A DNA stretch of 64,000 nucleotides from an uncultured bacterium (GTDB taxonomy: Bacteria; Muiribacteriota; Ozemobacteria; Ozemobacterales; Ozemobacteraceae). Positions within the stretch are counted from its first letter, which is position 1. Each line of letters begins with the position of its first letter. Under the pieces are notes generated by a model. That model was not told the DNA's origin, searched no databases, and saw only the letters and a program-made list of their open reading frames with translations. A program made the translations under genes and the position numbers. Below, one piece after another: positions 56,741-64,000 of the stretch. The stretch is taken from the NCBI GenBank assembly GCA_946407375.1, contig CAMJNS010000001.1, forward strand, positions 5,159 through 69,158, written 5' to 3'.

Positions 56741-58477
56741 ATGGTTCCACAATCTGGGAAACCACAAAGAAAGAGGCTAGGGGACATTCTTGTTGAAGCT
56801 GGCGTAATTTCTTTGCAGCAACTGCAAGAAGCTCTTTCTAAACAAAAAACATTAGGGAAAAGACTAGGCAAAGTACTTGTAGATACTGGTCTAACGACAG
56901 AAGACAGTATAGCTACTACTCTTGCCACCCAAATGAATATACCTTATATAAATTTAAATGAAACAACTATAACCCCAGAAGTTCTTACCACGATACCTGA
57001 TGGCATTGTAAGAAGCCATAATCTCCTTCCAGTTAAACTAGAAGGAAATAGACTTCAAATTACAATGGCCGACCCTCTAGATGTCTTCATTATAGATGAA
57101 ATAACATTCCAAACAGGTTATGAACTTGAAATAGGTATTAGCCCAGAGTCTCAAATTGAAGCTGCCATTAAGCATTATTACGGCAACACAGAAAGTTTAC
57201 AGAATGCTGTCGACAACCTTGCTGCTGAACGAAAAACAGAAGTTACCTTAGACGAAAGCTTTTTTACAACATTTGACTTAAACGAAGACGAACAAAAAGT
57301 TCCGATTATCAATTTAGTCAATACTATTATACAACAAGCAATTAACGATAAAGCAAGTGATATTCATATTGAGCCAGACGAAGAAGTTGTCAGAGTTCGT
57401 TATAGAATTGATGGTATTTTAAATGAACTAATGAAAGCTCCAAAATCAATTCAAAGTGAATTGATTTCTCGTTTAAAAATTATGGCTCAAATGGATATTT
57501 CCGAAAAACGTCTTCCTCAAGATGGTCGTATAAAAGTTAAGGTTCAAAATAAAAGTATAGATTTACGTGTTTCATCTCTTCCTACAGTTTTTGGGGAAAA
57601 AATAGTTATTCGTATTCTCGACAAAAGCCGTTTATCATTAACTCTAGACCAAGTTGGTTTCGACGAAAAATTGCTTAGACTTTTTAAAACATTGTCTTCC
57701 GCCCCAAACGGAATTGTTCTTATGACTGGACCTACAGGCTCAGGGAAAACATCCACACTATATGCGGCAATTAACTTCGTAAAAAGCCCTGAAATCAACA
57801 TAACAACAGTTGAAGATCCTGTAGAATATTTAATTCCCAGCATAAATCAAGTTCAAGTTAGATCAGAAATAGGTCTAACTTTTGCAAGAACTCTACGTTC
57901 AATTTTAAGACAAGACCCCAACGTAATCCTAATTGGTGAAATAAGAGATTTCGAAACAGCACAAATAGCAATAGAATCAGCATTAACCGGGCATTTAGTT
58001 TTCTCAACACTTCACACAAATGATGCTGCTTCTGCGGTAACAAGATTAATAGAAATGGGAGTTGAACCTTATTTAGTTGCTTCTGCTGTGATAGGAGTCG
58101 GAGGACAACGTTTAGTAAGAAAGATATGCCCATCTTGTCGTGTTTCTTATGATGTGGAAGACGAAGAACATATTGAAGTTTTAAAAGAATCAGGATTTAA
58201 TAATGTAAAACTTTACAGAGGCAAAGGCTGTCTAACCTGCAGAAAATCTGGTTATACAGGAAGAACAGCTATACATGAAATTATGACAATAAATGACGAA
58301 ATTCATGGATTGATACTCAATTCTGCCTCTGCTCGTGATATTAGACAAGCAGCCGTAAAATCTGGTATGAGAACAATGCGTGTCGACGGCTTACAAAAAG
58401 CTGTTAAAGGCGTAACAACTATTAAAGAAGTTCTAAGATTGACACGTGGCGAAGAAGTAAGAAGAGTTACCGCTTAG
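56741..58477 (+). CDS. pilB: Type IV pilus assembly ATPase PilB (GspE family).
   Basis: N-terminal GSPII_E_N domain (LGDILVEAGVISLQQLQEAL). Walker A LMTGPTGSGKTST. Asp/His boxes. Tetracysteine motif CPSC...CLTC. 578 aa. Confidence 0.9.
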   Translation: MVPQSGKPQRKRLGDILVEAGVISLQQLQEALSKQKTLGKRLGKVLVDTGLTTEDSIATTLATQMNIPYINLNETTITPEVLTTIPDGIVRSHNLLPVKLEGNRLQITMADPLDVFIIDEITFQTGYELEIGISPESQIEAAIKHYYGNTESLQNAVDNLAAERKTEVTLDESFFTTFDLNEDEQKVPIINLVNTIIQQAINDKASDIHIEPDEEVVRVRYRIDGILNELMKAPKSIQSELISRLKIMAQMDISEKRLPQDGRIKVKVQNKSIDLRVSSLPTVFGEKIVIRILDKSRLSLTLDQVGFDEKLLRLFKTLSSAPNGIVLMTGPTGSGKTSTLYAAINFVKSPEINITTVEDPVEYLIPSINQVQVRSEIGLTFARTLRSILRQDPNVILIGEIRDFETAQIAIESALTGHLVFSTLHTNDAASAVTRLIEMGVEPYLVASAVIGVGGQRLVRKICPSCRVSYDVEDEEHIEVLKESGFNNVKLYRGKGCLTCRKSGYTGRTAIHEIMTINDEIHGLILNSASARDIRQAAVKSGMRTMRVDGLQKAVKGVTTIKEVLRLTRGEEVRRVTA

Positions 58478-58492
58478 GAGTAAAACCTTTAT

Positions 58493-59701
58493 ATGAGATA
58501 TTCTTATAAAGCCATAGACATAAGTGGTAATGAAATAACAGGCGAATTAGAAGCTGAAAAAAAAGAAGACGTTGGCGTTTGGCTTTCTGATAGAAATTAT
58601 ATCGTAGTTGAAGTTACCCAAGCAACTCTCCAAACCATAGTTAATACTCCCCAAAAGTATTTGAGAATTCCTCATAAAGACATGAATTTTTTTCTTATCC
58701 AGCTTTCTAACTTAATAACTGCTGGCTGTCCTTTGTTAATGAGTTTAAACGCTCTTCAAAGACAGGTTTCAAACCCTTCTTTAAGATTGCTATTAAAAGA
58801 AGTAAAAGAAAAAATTGAATCAGGCAAATCTTTTTCTGAAGCATTAAAAAGTCATAAAGAAGTCTTTCCATCTCTATTCATTACTATGGTTGAAGTAGGT
58901 GAAGTAGGAGGTATGCTTGGAGAAGTTCTAGAAAGATATTCTTATATATATGACACTATGTATAAACTAGGGAAAAAAGTAATTCAAGCTATGATTTATC
59001 CTTTTTTCCTTTTAATAAGTTCATTAATAGTTGTTGTCAGCTTATTAGTATTCGTTTTTCCAAAGTTTATAGAAGGAACCAGACGTACCGGACATGATCT
59101 TCCTGGAATAACCCAATTTGTTCTAAATGTTTCAAACTTTCTTTCCAATCACTATTTAATAATAATTTTAGCAATAGCTTTGATGATTATGATATGGAAA
59201 ATTATAATGAGTACTACTAAAGGCAGAAAAGTAGTTACAGAAATTTTTACTGAAATGCCTGTTCTGGGAAATGTTTTAAAACATATACAAATAGCTTTGT
59301 TTGCCCGTATACTTGGTACATTGCTTCGATGCGGAGTACCTATATTAACGTCTTTGCAAGCAGTAGAAAAAGCTTTAAGCAACATAATGTACAAAGAAGC
59401 AATGAATGACGTAAGAGAATCTGTCAGCCGAGGAGAATCGCTTTCACAATCGATAGGAAGACATAGAAACCTATTTCCTGAAAGCATTATTTTGATGACA
59501 GATGTTGGAGAACGTAGTGGTAATATGGGTGATATGCTTGAAAAAGCAGGAAATATATTTGAAAGAGATATGGAAATGGCTCTTGAAACAGCTGTTTCAT
59601 TGATACAACCAGCTCTAGTTCTGTTTCTGGCAATATTCATTGTAATTATTGCATTATCAATGTACTTACCATTATTTGACATTGTTAAAGTTGTAGGATA
59701 A
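58493..59701 (+). CDS. pilC: Type IV pilus inner-membrane platform protein PilC (GspF family).
   Basis: 402 aa. Two GspF repeats, three TM segments, PilC-like N-terminus. Confidence 0.9.
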   Translation: MRYSYKAIDISGNEITGELEAEKKEDVGVWLSDRNYIVVEVTQATLQTIVNTPQKYLRIPHKDMNFFLIQLSNLITAGCPLLMSLNALQRQVSNPSLRLLLKEVKEKIESGKSFSEALKSHKEVFPSLFITMVEVGEVGGMLGEVLERYSYIYDTMYKLGKKVIQAMIYPFFLLISSLIVVVSLLVFVFPKFIEGTRRTGHDLPGITQFVLNVSNFLSNHYLIIILAIALMIMIWKIIMSTTKGRKVVTEIFTEMPVLGNVLKHIQIALFARILGTLLRCGVPILTSLQAVEKALSNIMYKEAMNDVRESVSRGESLSQSIGRHRNLFPESIILMTDVGERSGNMGDMLEKAGNIFERDMEMALETAVSLIQPALVLFLAIFIVIIALSMYLPLFDIVKVVG

Positions 59702-59754
59702 ATTATTATTCTATAATATAATATGAAACCTATAGCCAAAAATGTGGAGGCGAT

Positions 59755-60267
59755 ATGAGAAAAGGTTTTTCACTTGTTGAACTGTTAATTGTAGTCCTAG
59801 TAATAGGTATTCTAGTGTCTATTGCAATACCTCGTTATCAGAGTATTGCGTCTATGGCACGTGCAAAATCCTGTCTTTCTAATCAGAAAGGGATAGAAAG
59901 CTTGATTTCTCTTTGGGAAGCTAAAAACTTCGAGTTAGATACAGGCAAAAACAGATGGACGTGGATTGATCGCTCTGGTAATATGCGTTGGAAATATTCA
60001 AATGCACTTTTGCAACTTAACGATACAGCAAAGGACGTTAAACTTTTTATTTGTCCAGAAGCAGCAAATCGTTGGGGTTATACCTGGAACGGTTCCAGTT
60101 ATAGATTCTACAACACAGACAATACCTCTCTATGGATAATAGGCTCTGATGGAAAAATGGGCGGACGCGGAGTTGTTTGTGGTATAAGACTAGGAACCAG
60201 ATGGATTGGTATGAATGGACAAATGGGGGCAGATGGTCAAAAAGACAGTGCTCACCATTATTGGTAA
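59755..60267 (+). CDS. pilA: Type IV pilin (candidate major pilin), prepilin-type N-terminus.
   Basis: MRKGFSLVELLIVVLVIGILVSIAIPRY is a class III signal peptide. Good RBS GGAGG. 170 aa. Confidence 0.8.
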   Translation: MRKGFSLVELLIVVLVIGILVSIAIPRYQSIASMARAKSCLSNQKGIESLISLWEAKNFELDTGKNRWTWIDRSGNMRWKYSNALLQLNDTAKDVKLFICPEAANRWGYTWNGSSYRFYNTDNTSLWIIGSDGKMGGRGVVCGIRLGTRWIGMNGQMGADGQKDSAHHYW

Positions 60268-60277
60268 ATAAAGAATT

Positions 60278-60775
60278 ATGCTGATATGCTGCAGCTCAAA
60301 AATCAGCTTTGTAAAGCCAAATTCTGAAAGTCATTTACGTCTCCACAGACCGAAAACAAAAAATGGCAAATTAAATAATTCTGGCTTTACAATTATAGAG
60401 ATTCTAATAGTAATTATCCTTATTGGAATTTTATCTGGAGCTGCAGTTGGCACTTATTCTGGTGTTATAAAAGACACGAATGAAAGATTGATACATGACA
60501 AATTGCAAACTTTTTTTCAAAGTTGCAAAAATAGAGCTAAGCTGCGAAATCTAAATATAAGAATTACTTATAACGAACAACAAAAGAGTTTTATAAATCA
60601 AGACTCTACAAATTCCTTTATAAGAATTCCTGAAATATACCAAAATAGCATTCCAAAACTCATTGAAATAGATAAAACAGGTAATTTCAAAATTGATGGT
60701 AAAGATATTAATAGCTTGAATATGTTATTAATCAATCCAAATGGAAGTCTAGCGACAATAACGATAAGATTATGA
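60278..60775 (+). CDS. Pseudopilin/minor pilin with an unusually long leader (or mis-set start).
   Basis: ...NNSGFTIIEILIVIILIGILSGAAVGTY is a prepilin motif, but it lies ~40 aa after the only upstream ATG. Confidence 0.55.
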   Translation: MLICCSSKISFVKPNSESHLRLHRPKTKNGKLNNSGFTIIEILIVIILIGILSGAAVGTYSGVIKDTNERLIHDKLQTFFQSCKNRAKLRNLNIRITYNEQQKSFINQDSTNSFIRIPEIYQNSIPKLIEIDKTGNFKIDGKDINSLNMLLINPNGSLATITIRL

Positions 60776-61179
60776 TTAAATTTCATTTACAAAATATAAA
60801 AAAAGGTTTTAGCTTAATTGAAGCTATCTTATCGTTATTAATTTTATCTGGCTCCTTAGCAATAATCTTTTCAGGTTTTGAAATTTCCTCACAACTAAAT
60901 AATTATGCAAATTTTGAATCTGAAGCCGCTTTTTTAGCAGAAAGAGAAATAGAACTCGCCAAATCAGAGTTATTATGTGGAAATCTTAAAGCTGATAAAA
61001 ACAAAAAGTTAAATAGCAGATTCAGACTAAAACCAGGCTGGAAGCTATTTACCATAGTAACAGTTCCAGACGCAGAAAAAGTAGTAAGACTACAAGTCAG
61101 GGTAACTAACTCTGACAGAGAACTACAATTAGAATCCTTTTTATTTTTACCTGAGCAAGGAGAAAATAAAAATGGATAA
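60772..61179 (+). CDS. Pseudopilin/minor pilin.
   Basis: ...KKGFSLIEAILSLLILSGSLAIIFSG is a prepilin N-terminus. 4-nt overlap with the previous gene. Confidence 0.7.
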   Translation: MIKFHLQNIKKGFSLIEAILSLLILSGSLAIIFSGFEISSQLNNYANFESEAAFLAEREIELAKSELLCGNLKADKNKKLNSRFRLKPGWKLFTIVTVPDAEKVVRLQVRVTNSDRELQLESFLFLPEQGENKNG

Positions 61180-61567
61180 AAAAGGATTTTCTTTGCTAGA
61201 AGTTACAATTTCTATGTTTATTATGGGTTTAACCATTACAGCTCTATTAAACTTACTAGATTGGAGTAACTTAAAATATAAAGTTTATGCTAATTCCTGG
61301 AAAGAAAGAAACTGTCTTACAGAAGCTAGAATCTGGATAAGAAATCAAATACTAAAAAACAATAATCTAGACATTAGCATAAAGAGTCTTAAAGAAAACG
61401 TAAAATGTCCTTATGGTTTTGGTTTTTGTGGCTTAGATATAACACAAAAAGATAAAGAAACCTATTTTATCAAAGTAAGTATTTATGAAGATAAAAACCG
61501 TAATGGAATCGCAGAAAGAGATGAAACAACAGCCCGCCTTTTCTGTTTTAGAAGGAGGTCTGTATGA
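61172..61567 (+). CDS. Pseudopilin/minor pilin.
   Basis: MDKKGFSLLEVTISMFIMGLTITALL. 8-nt overlap with the previous gene. Confidence 0.7.
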   Translation: MDKKGFSLLEVTISMFIMGLTITALLNLLDWSNLKYKVYANSWKERNCLTEARIWIRNQILKNNNLDISIKSLKENVKCPYGFGFCGLDITQKDKETYFIKVSIYEDKNRNGIAERDETTARLFCFRRRSV

Positions 61568-61971
61568 ATCGAAGAGGTTTTAGCATTTATCTAACTTTTC
61601 TTGTATCAACAGTAGTTTTTCTTTTGGTTACTGGTAGTCAAGAAATAAGCACTATTACTCTTGATTTAAGCAGATCTGAAGCTATTGATGTTATTGTTTT
61701 CCATGCTGCTGATGGTGGCCTTGAAAAAGGCTTAGCTAAACTTCGAAAAAATTTTAAACAGTTTAACCATTCTTATACATCAGAACTAAAACCAAATAGA
61801 ACAATAAAAGTTTCGGTTAAAGCAACCCAAAATAAAAATCTTATAAATCTTTATTCAGAAGCCATTTTATTGGAAGGGAATAAAGAAGTATCTCGTCGAA
61901 CAATTTCAAGACTAGGCATCACCCGATCTAAAGGAAGACATGGCTGTGGTCAGTTTACGGAGGAAATATGA
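61564..61971 (+). CDS. Small PilX/GspK-like minor pseudopilin.
   Basis: MNRRGFSIYLTFLVSTVVFLL...HAADGGLEKGLAKL is a PilX_N pattern. 4-nt overlap. Confidence 0.6.
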   Translation: MNRRGFSIYLTFLVSTVVFLLVTGSQEISTITLDLSRSEAIDVIVFHAADGGLEKGLAKLRKNFKQFNHSYTSELKPNRTIKVSVKATQNKNLINLYSEAILLEGNKEVSRRTISRLGITRSKGRHGCGQFTEEI

Positions 61972-63818
61972 ATAAAAAGCTAACTCCTGGTCTTTATGGA
62001 ACTATAGATATAGGAACAAAATCTGTTAAAGCTATAGTTATTGAAATCAATAGCAAAGGCAAAAGATTATTAAAAACAGAAAGCGTTGATTTAACTCCCT
62101 TTGATACCTTCGTAAAAGAAGAAGAATACAATAAACAAATAACTGAAGCTATATCTAATCTAGCAAATAGTTTAGATTTGCAAAAATGCAAAAAGATTAT
62201 TTCTTTATTTTACAACAGGGACCTACAAGTAAAATTACTTGATCTTCCAAGTTCTGTTAAGGCCGATCAATTAGACCAAGTATTGCCATGGGAAGCCAAA
62301 AAACTTCTCTCACCACATTATAAAGAAGGACCTTTTACTTATTCATATTGTATAACTAGAGGAAATCCACTATCTATCGCATTAGCAGTAGTTCCATTAC
62401 CACTATTGAATGCACATCTTAAACTATTTGAAAATACAGGAATAAAACCTGATTCAGTATATACAGATGTATTTTCTTCTTTATCTTTACAACCTATCGT
62501 AGACATAGCTGGTTTGCCTGCTCTTTCCATAGTAAATTTTGGTCATTCAGGCACCCATTTAAACATCTTTTCTGCAGGAAAACTTAAGTTTTATCGTTAT
62601 ATTCCTACAGGAACCTCAGAATTGACAAATCCTCCTAGAGAAAATGAACTAGAAATGTTTTCTCAAAAAATACGTTTCAGCTTCGACTATTTTAGAGCTG
62701 TGAGCAAGTTAAACCAAGTTGATGCACTATTTTTTATGGGTGGAGGAAGTGCTATACCTGAAGTTCTTAATTATGAACAAAATTATTTTTCACCAACAAA
62801 GATTAATTCCGTAGATGTTTCTTCAGAAATAGACATTAGCCCTATTCTTTCAGTAAATATTGGCGACAATATGAATTCAGAAAATAATTTAAGTCTTTTA
62901 CCCTATGTTCCAGCAATCGGAGGTTGTTTAGCAGACTTTAGAGAAGACTCTGAAAATTTGGATTTATTAACCTTAATAAAAAAAGAAGAAAAGGAAAAAA
63001 ATCTAGAAAAAATAGCAGATACAGTTCCCGTAATACTAGGCATAATAGCCTTCTTAATAGTGTCTGCATTTTTGTATTATTCTTATACAGAAAAAGAAGC
63101 AGAACTTGGAAATTTAATAATAGAAGCTGAAGATTTAGATAAAAAATTAAATGAAGCTAACGAGATATTTGGGGAAAAAAATGCTACAGAAAAAGCTAAT
63201 CCAATAAAACTATCAAAGAATTCTTTAGAATTAGTAAAACCTATAATATCAAGTAAGGATTCTTTAAACTATCTTATAAAAATAATAAATAAAATCAAAC
63301 CTAAATCCTTAGAAATAGCAGAAATTCTTGTAAGAAATCAGCAAGAAGCAGAACAAATATATCTAAAAACCAAAGAAGAAATGGAAAATGATATTATGGG
63401 TTCTGATTTCAGTGAAGAAACCAATACTGACGATGATTATTCTGAACCCTCAAAATCAGAAAGCATCGATAGTTATGATATTTTTTCTGAACCGGAAGAA
63501 GAAACAAAACCCAAGCCCAAAACAATCAAAAAGAAATCTAAACAAATAAAGACTAAACCCGCTATATACGAAAGTAAGCTTTCAACTCCAATTTCAGAAC
63601 AACAAATAAAAGAAGATTTTAGCGGTAAATTTGTCATTATTCATGGATTTGCCGATAATTCTATTGATGTTAGTGATTTTTCTGACGGTCTTACTACTAA
63701 TCCAGTAGACACACAAGGGAAGGTTTTACCTAGTGCACTTCTTAGATACATTGGTATCAATTTAAGAAAAACCGACAACAACAAAGTCGAATTTCTTTTA
63801 AAAGGAGAGTTGAAATGA
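61968..63818 (+). CDS. pilMN: Fused PilM-PilN protein: N-terminal actin-like ATPase fold (PilM), then a TM helix plus coiled-coil (PilN-like), an acidic low-complexity insert and a C-terminal domain.
   Basis: N-terminus GLYGTIDIGTKSVKAIVIEINSKGKRLL is a PilM signature. At ~aa 345 the TM segment VPVILGIIAFLIVSAFLYY is followed by a coiled-coil. D/E-rich region ~aa 470-520. 616 aa. Confidence 0.65.
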   Translation: MNKKLTPGLYGTIDIGTKSVKAIVIEINSKGKRLLKTESVDLTPFDTFVKEEEYNKQITEAISNLANSLDLQKCKKIISLFYNRDLQVKLLDLPSSVKADQLDQVLPWEAKKLLSPHYKEGPFTYSYCITRGNPLSIALAVVPLPLLNAHLKLFENTGIKPDSVYTDVFSSLSLQPIVDIAGLPALSIVNFGHSGTHLNIFSAGKLKFYRYIPTGTSELTNPPRENELEMFSQKIRFSFDYFRAVSKLNQVDALFFMGGGSAIPEVLNYEQNYFSPTKINSVDVSSEIDISPILSVNIGDNMNSENNLSLLPYVPAIGGCLADFREDSENLDLLTLIKKEEKEKNLEKIADTVPVILGIIAFLIVSAFLYYSYTEKEAELGNLIIEAEDLDKKLNEANEIFGEKNATEKANPIKLSKNSLELVKPIISSKDSLNYLIKIINKIKPKSLEIAEILVRNQQEAEQIYLKTKEEMENDIMGSDFSEETNTDDDYSEPSKSESIDSYDIFSEPEEETKPKPKTIKKKSKQIKTKPAIYESKLSTPISEQQIKEDFSGKFVIIHGFADNSIDVSDFSDGLTTNPVDTQGKVLPSALLRYIGINLRKTDNNKVEFLLKGELK

Positions 63819-64000
63819 ATAAGGTAATAACAAATATAGCCTTTGTGATTATTTCTGTAATAGTTTTTATAATACTAGGAAATCTCTTCTTCATATCAAA
63901 TTTAAAAATAGAAATCGCAAACAAAAAAACAGAAATAGAGAAAAAACAAAAAAATTTAGCTAATATAGAAAAAAGTTTGAATTCTGTTGCTAGCGATAGT
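63816..64000 (+). CDS. Partial (window-truncated) PilO-like protein.
   Basis: MNKVITNIAFVIISVIVFIILGNLFFISNLKIEIANKKTEIEKKQKNL... is a TM helix plus coiled-coil, overlapping the pilMN stop by 3 nt. The ORF is open to the window end. Confidence 0.4.

Noticed and set aside
57544-58133. Two minus-strand ORFs (99 and 91 aa)
   Set aside because: Antisense within pilB.
59152-59739. 195-aa minus-strand ORF
   Set aside because: Antisense to the well-supported pilC gene. Its hydrophobic I/L-rich translation is the mirror of a membrane-protein gene.

Overview
This is a low-GC (about one-third G+C by eye) diderm bacterial chromosome segment. It is densely coded, and I saw no rRNA, tRNA, CRISPR array or transposase. 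About 22 kb (8.1-31.4 kb) is taken up by two tandem giant paralogous genes of 3341 and 4038 aa. Both encode signal-peptide-bearing proteins made of dozens of ~110-aa Ig/cadherin-like repeats (a recurring (V/I)D(N/T)x(A/P)P boundary motif), a shared ~600-aa C-terminal architecture, and a T9SS-type C-terminal sorting domain (YPNPA...KIYDVAGH.V...KIAVLK). Each giant gene is followed by a paralogous small lipoprotein with a Gly/Ser/Thr low-complexity linker and a conserved C-terminal helical domain (AHAML(A)(W/Y) ... ARTQI..ARADD). This repeated giant-adhesin plus cognate-lipoprotein module is the most likely candidate for an undescribed system.

The rest of the window is mostly envelope and pilus biology:
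- Left flank: a partial S55/SpoIVB-like peptidase translationally coupled to a NAGPA-like phosphodiester glycosidase, a polytopic membrane protein, a large PilX/GspK-like protein, and kdsD/kpsF.
- 31.5-37.3 kb: an LptF/G-family permease and sugar-nucleotide genes (ugd, a nucleotidyltransferase, a DegT aminotransferase).
- 37.4-45.4 kb: a flgM-flgN pair with a candidate sigma-28 promoter, comFC, and a conserved outer-membrane biogenesis operon (bamA-skp-lpxD-orf-lpxC/fabZ fusion-lpxA).
- 45.6-50.5 kb: a three-gene cassette with an atypical DnaB-family ATPase carrying an N-terminal Zn-ribbon and Q/P-rich linker.
- 50.9-64.0 kb: a large type IV pilus locus (pilB, pilC, one pilin, several pseudopilins, three PilX-like proteins, a fused pilM-pilN, and a partial pilO) plus a divergent minor-pilin operon.

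Strong hairpin+T-run terminators separate most transcription units. Two heptanucleotide tandem-repeat tracts sit in intergenic DNA.
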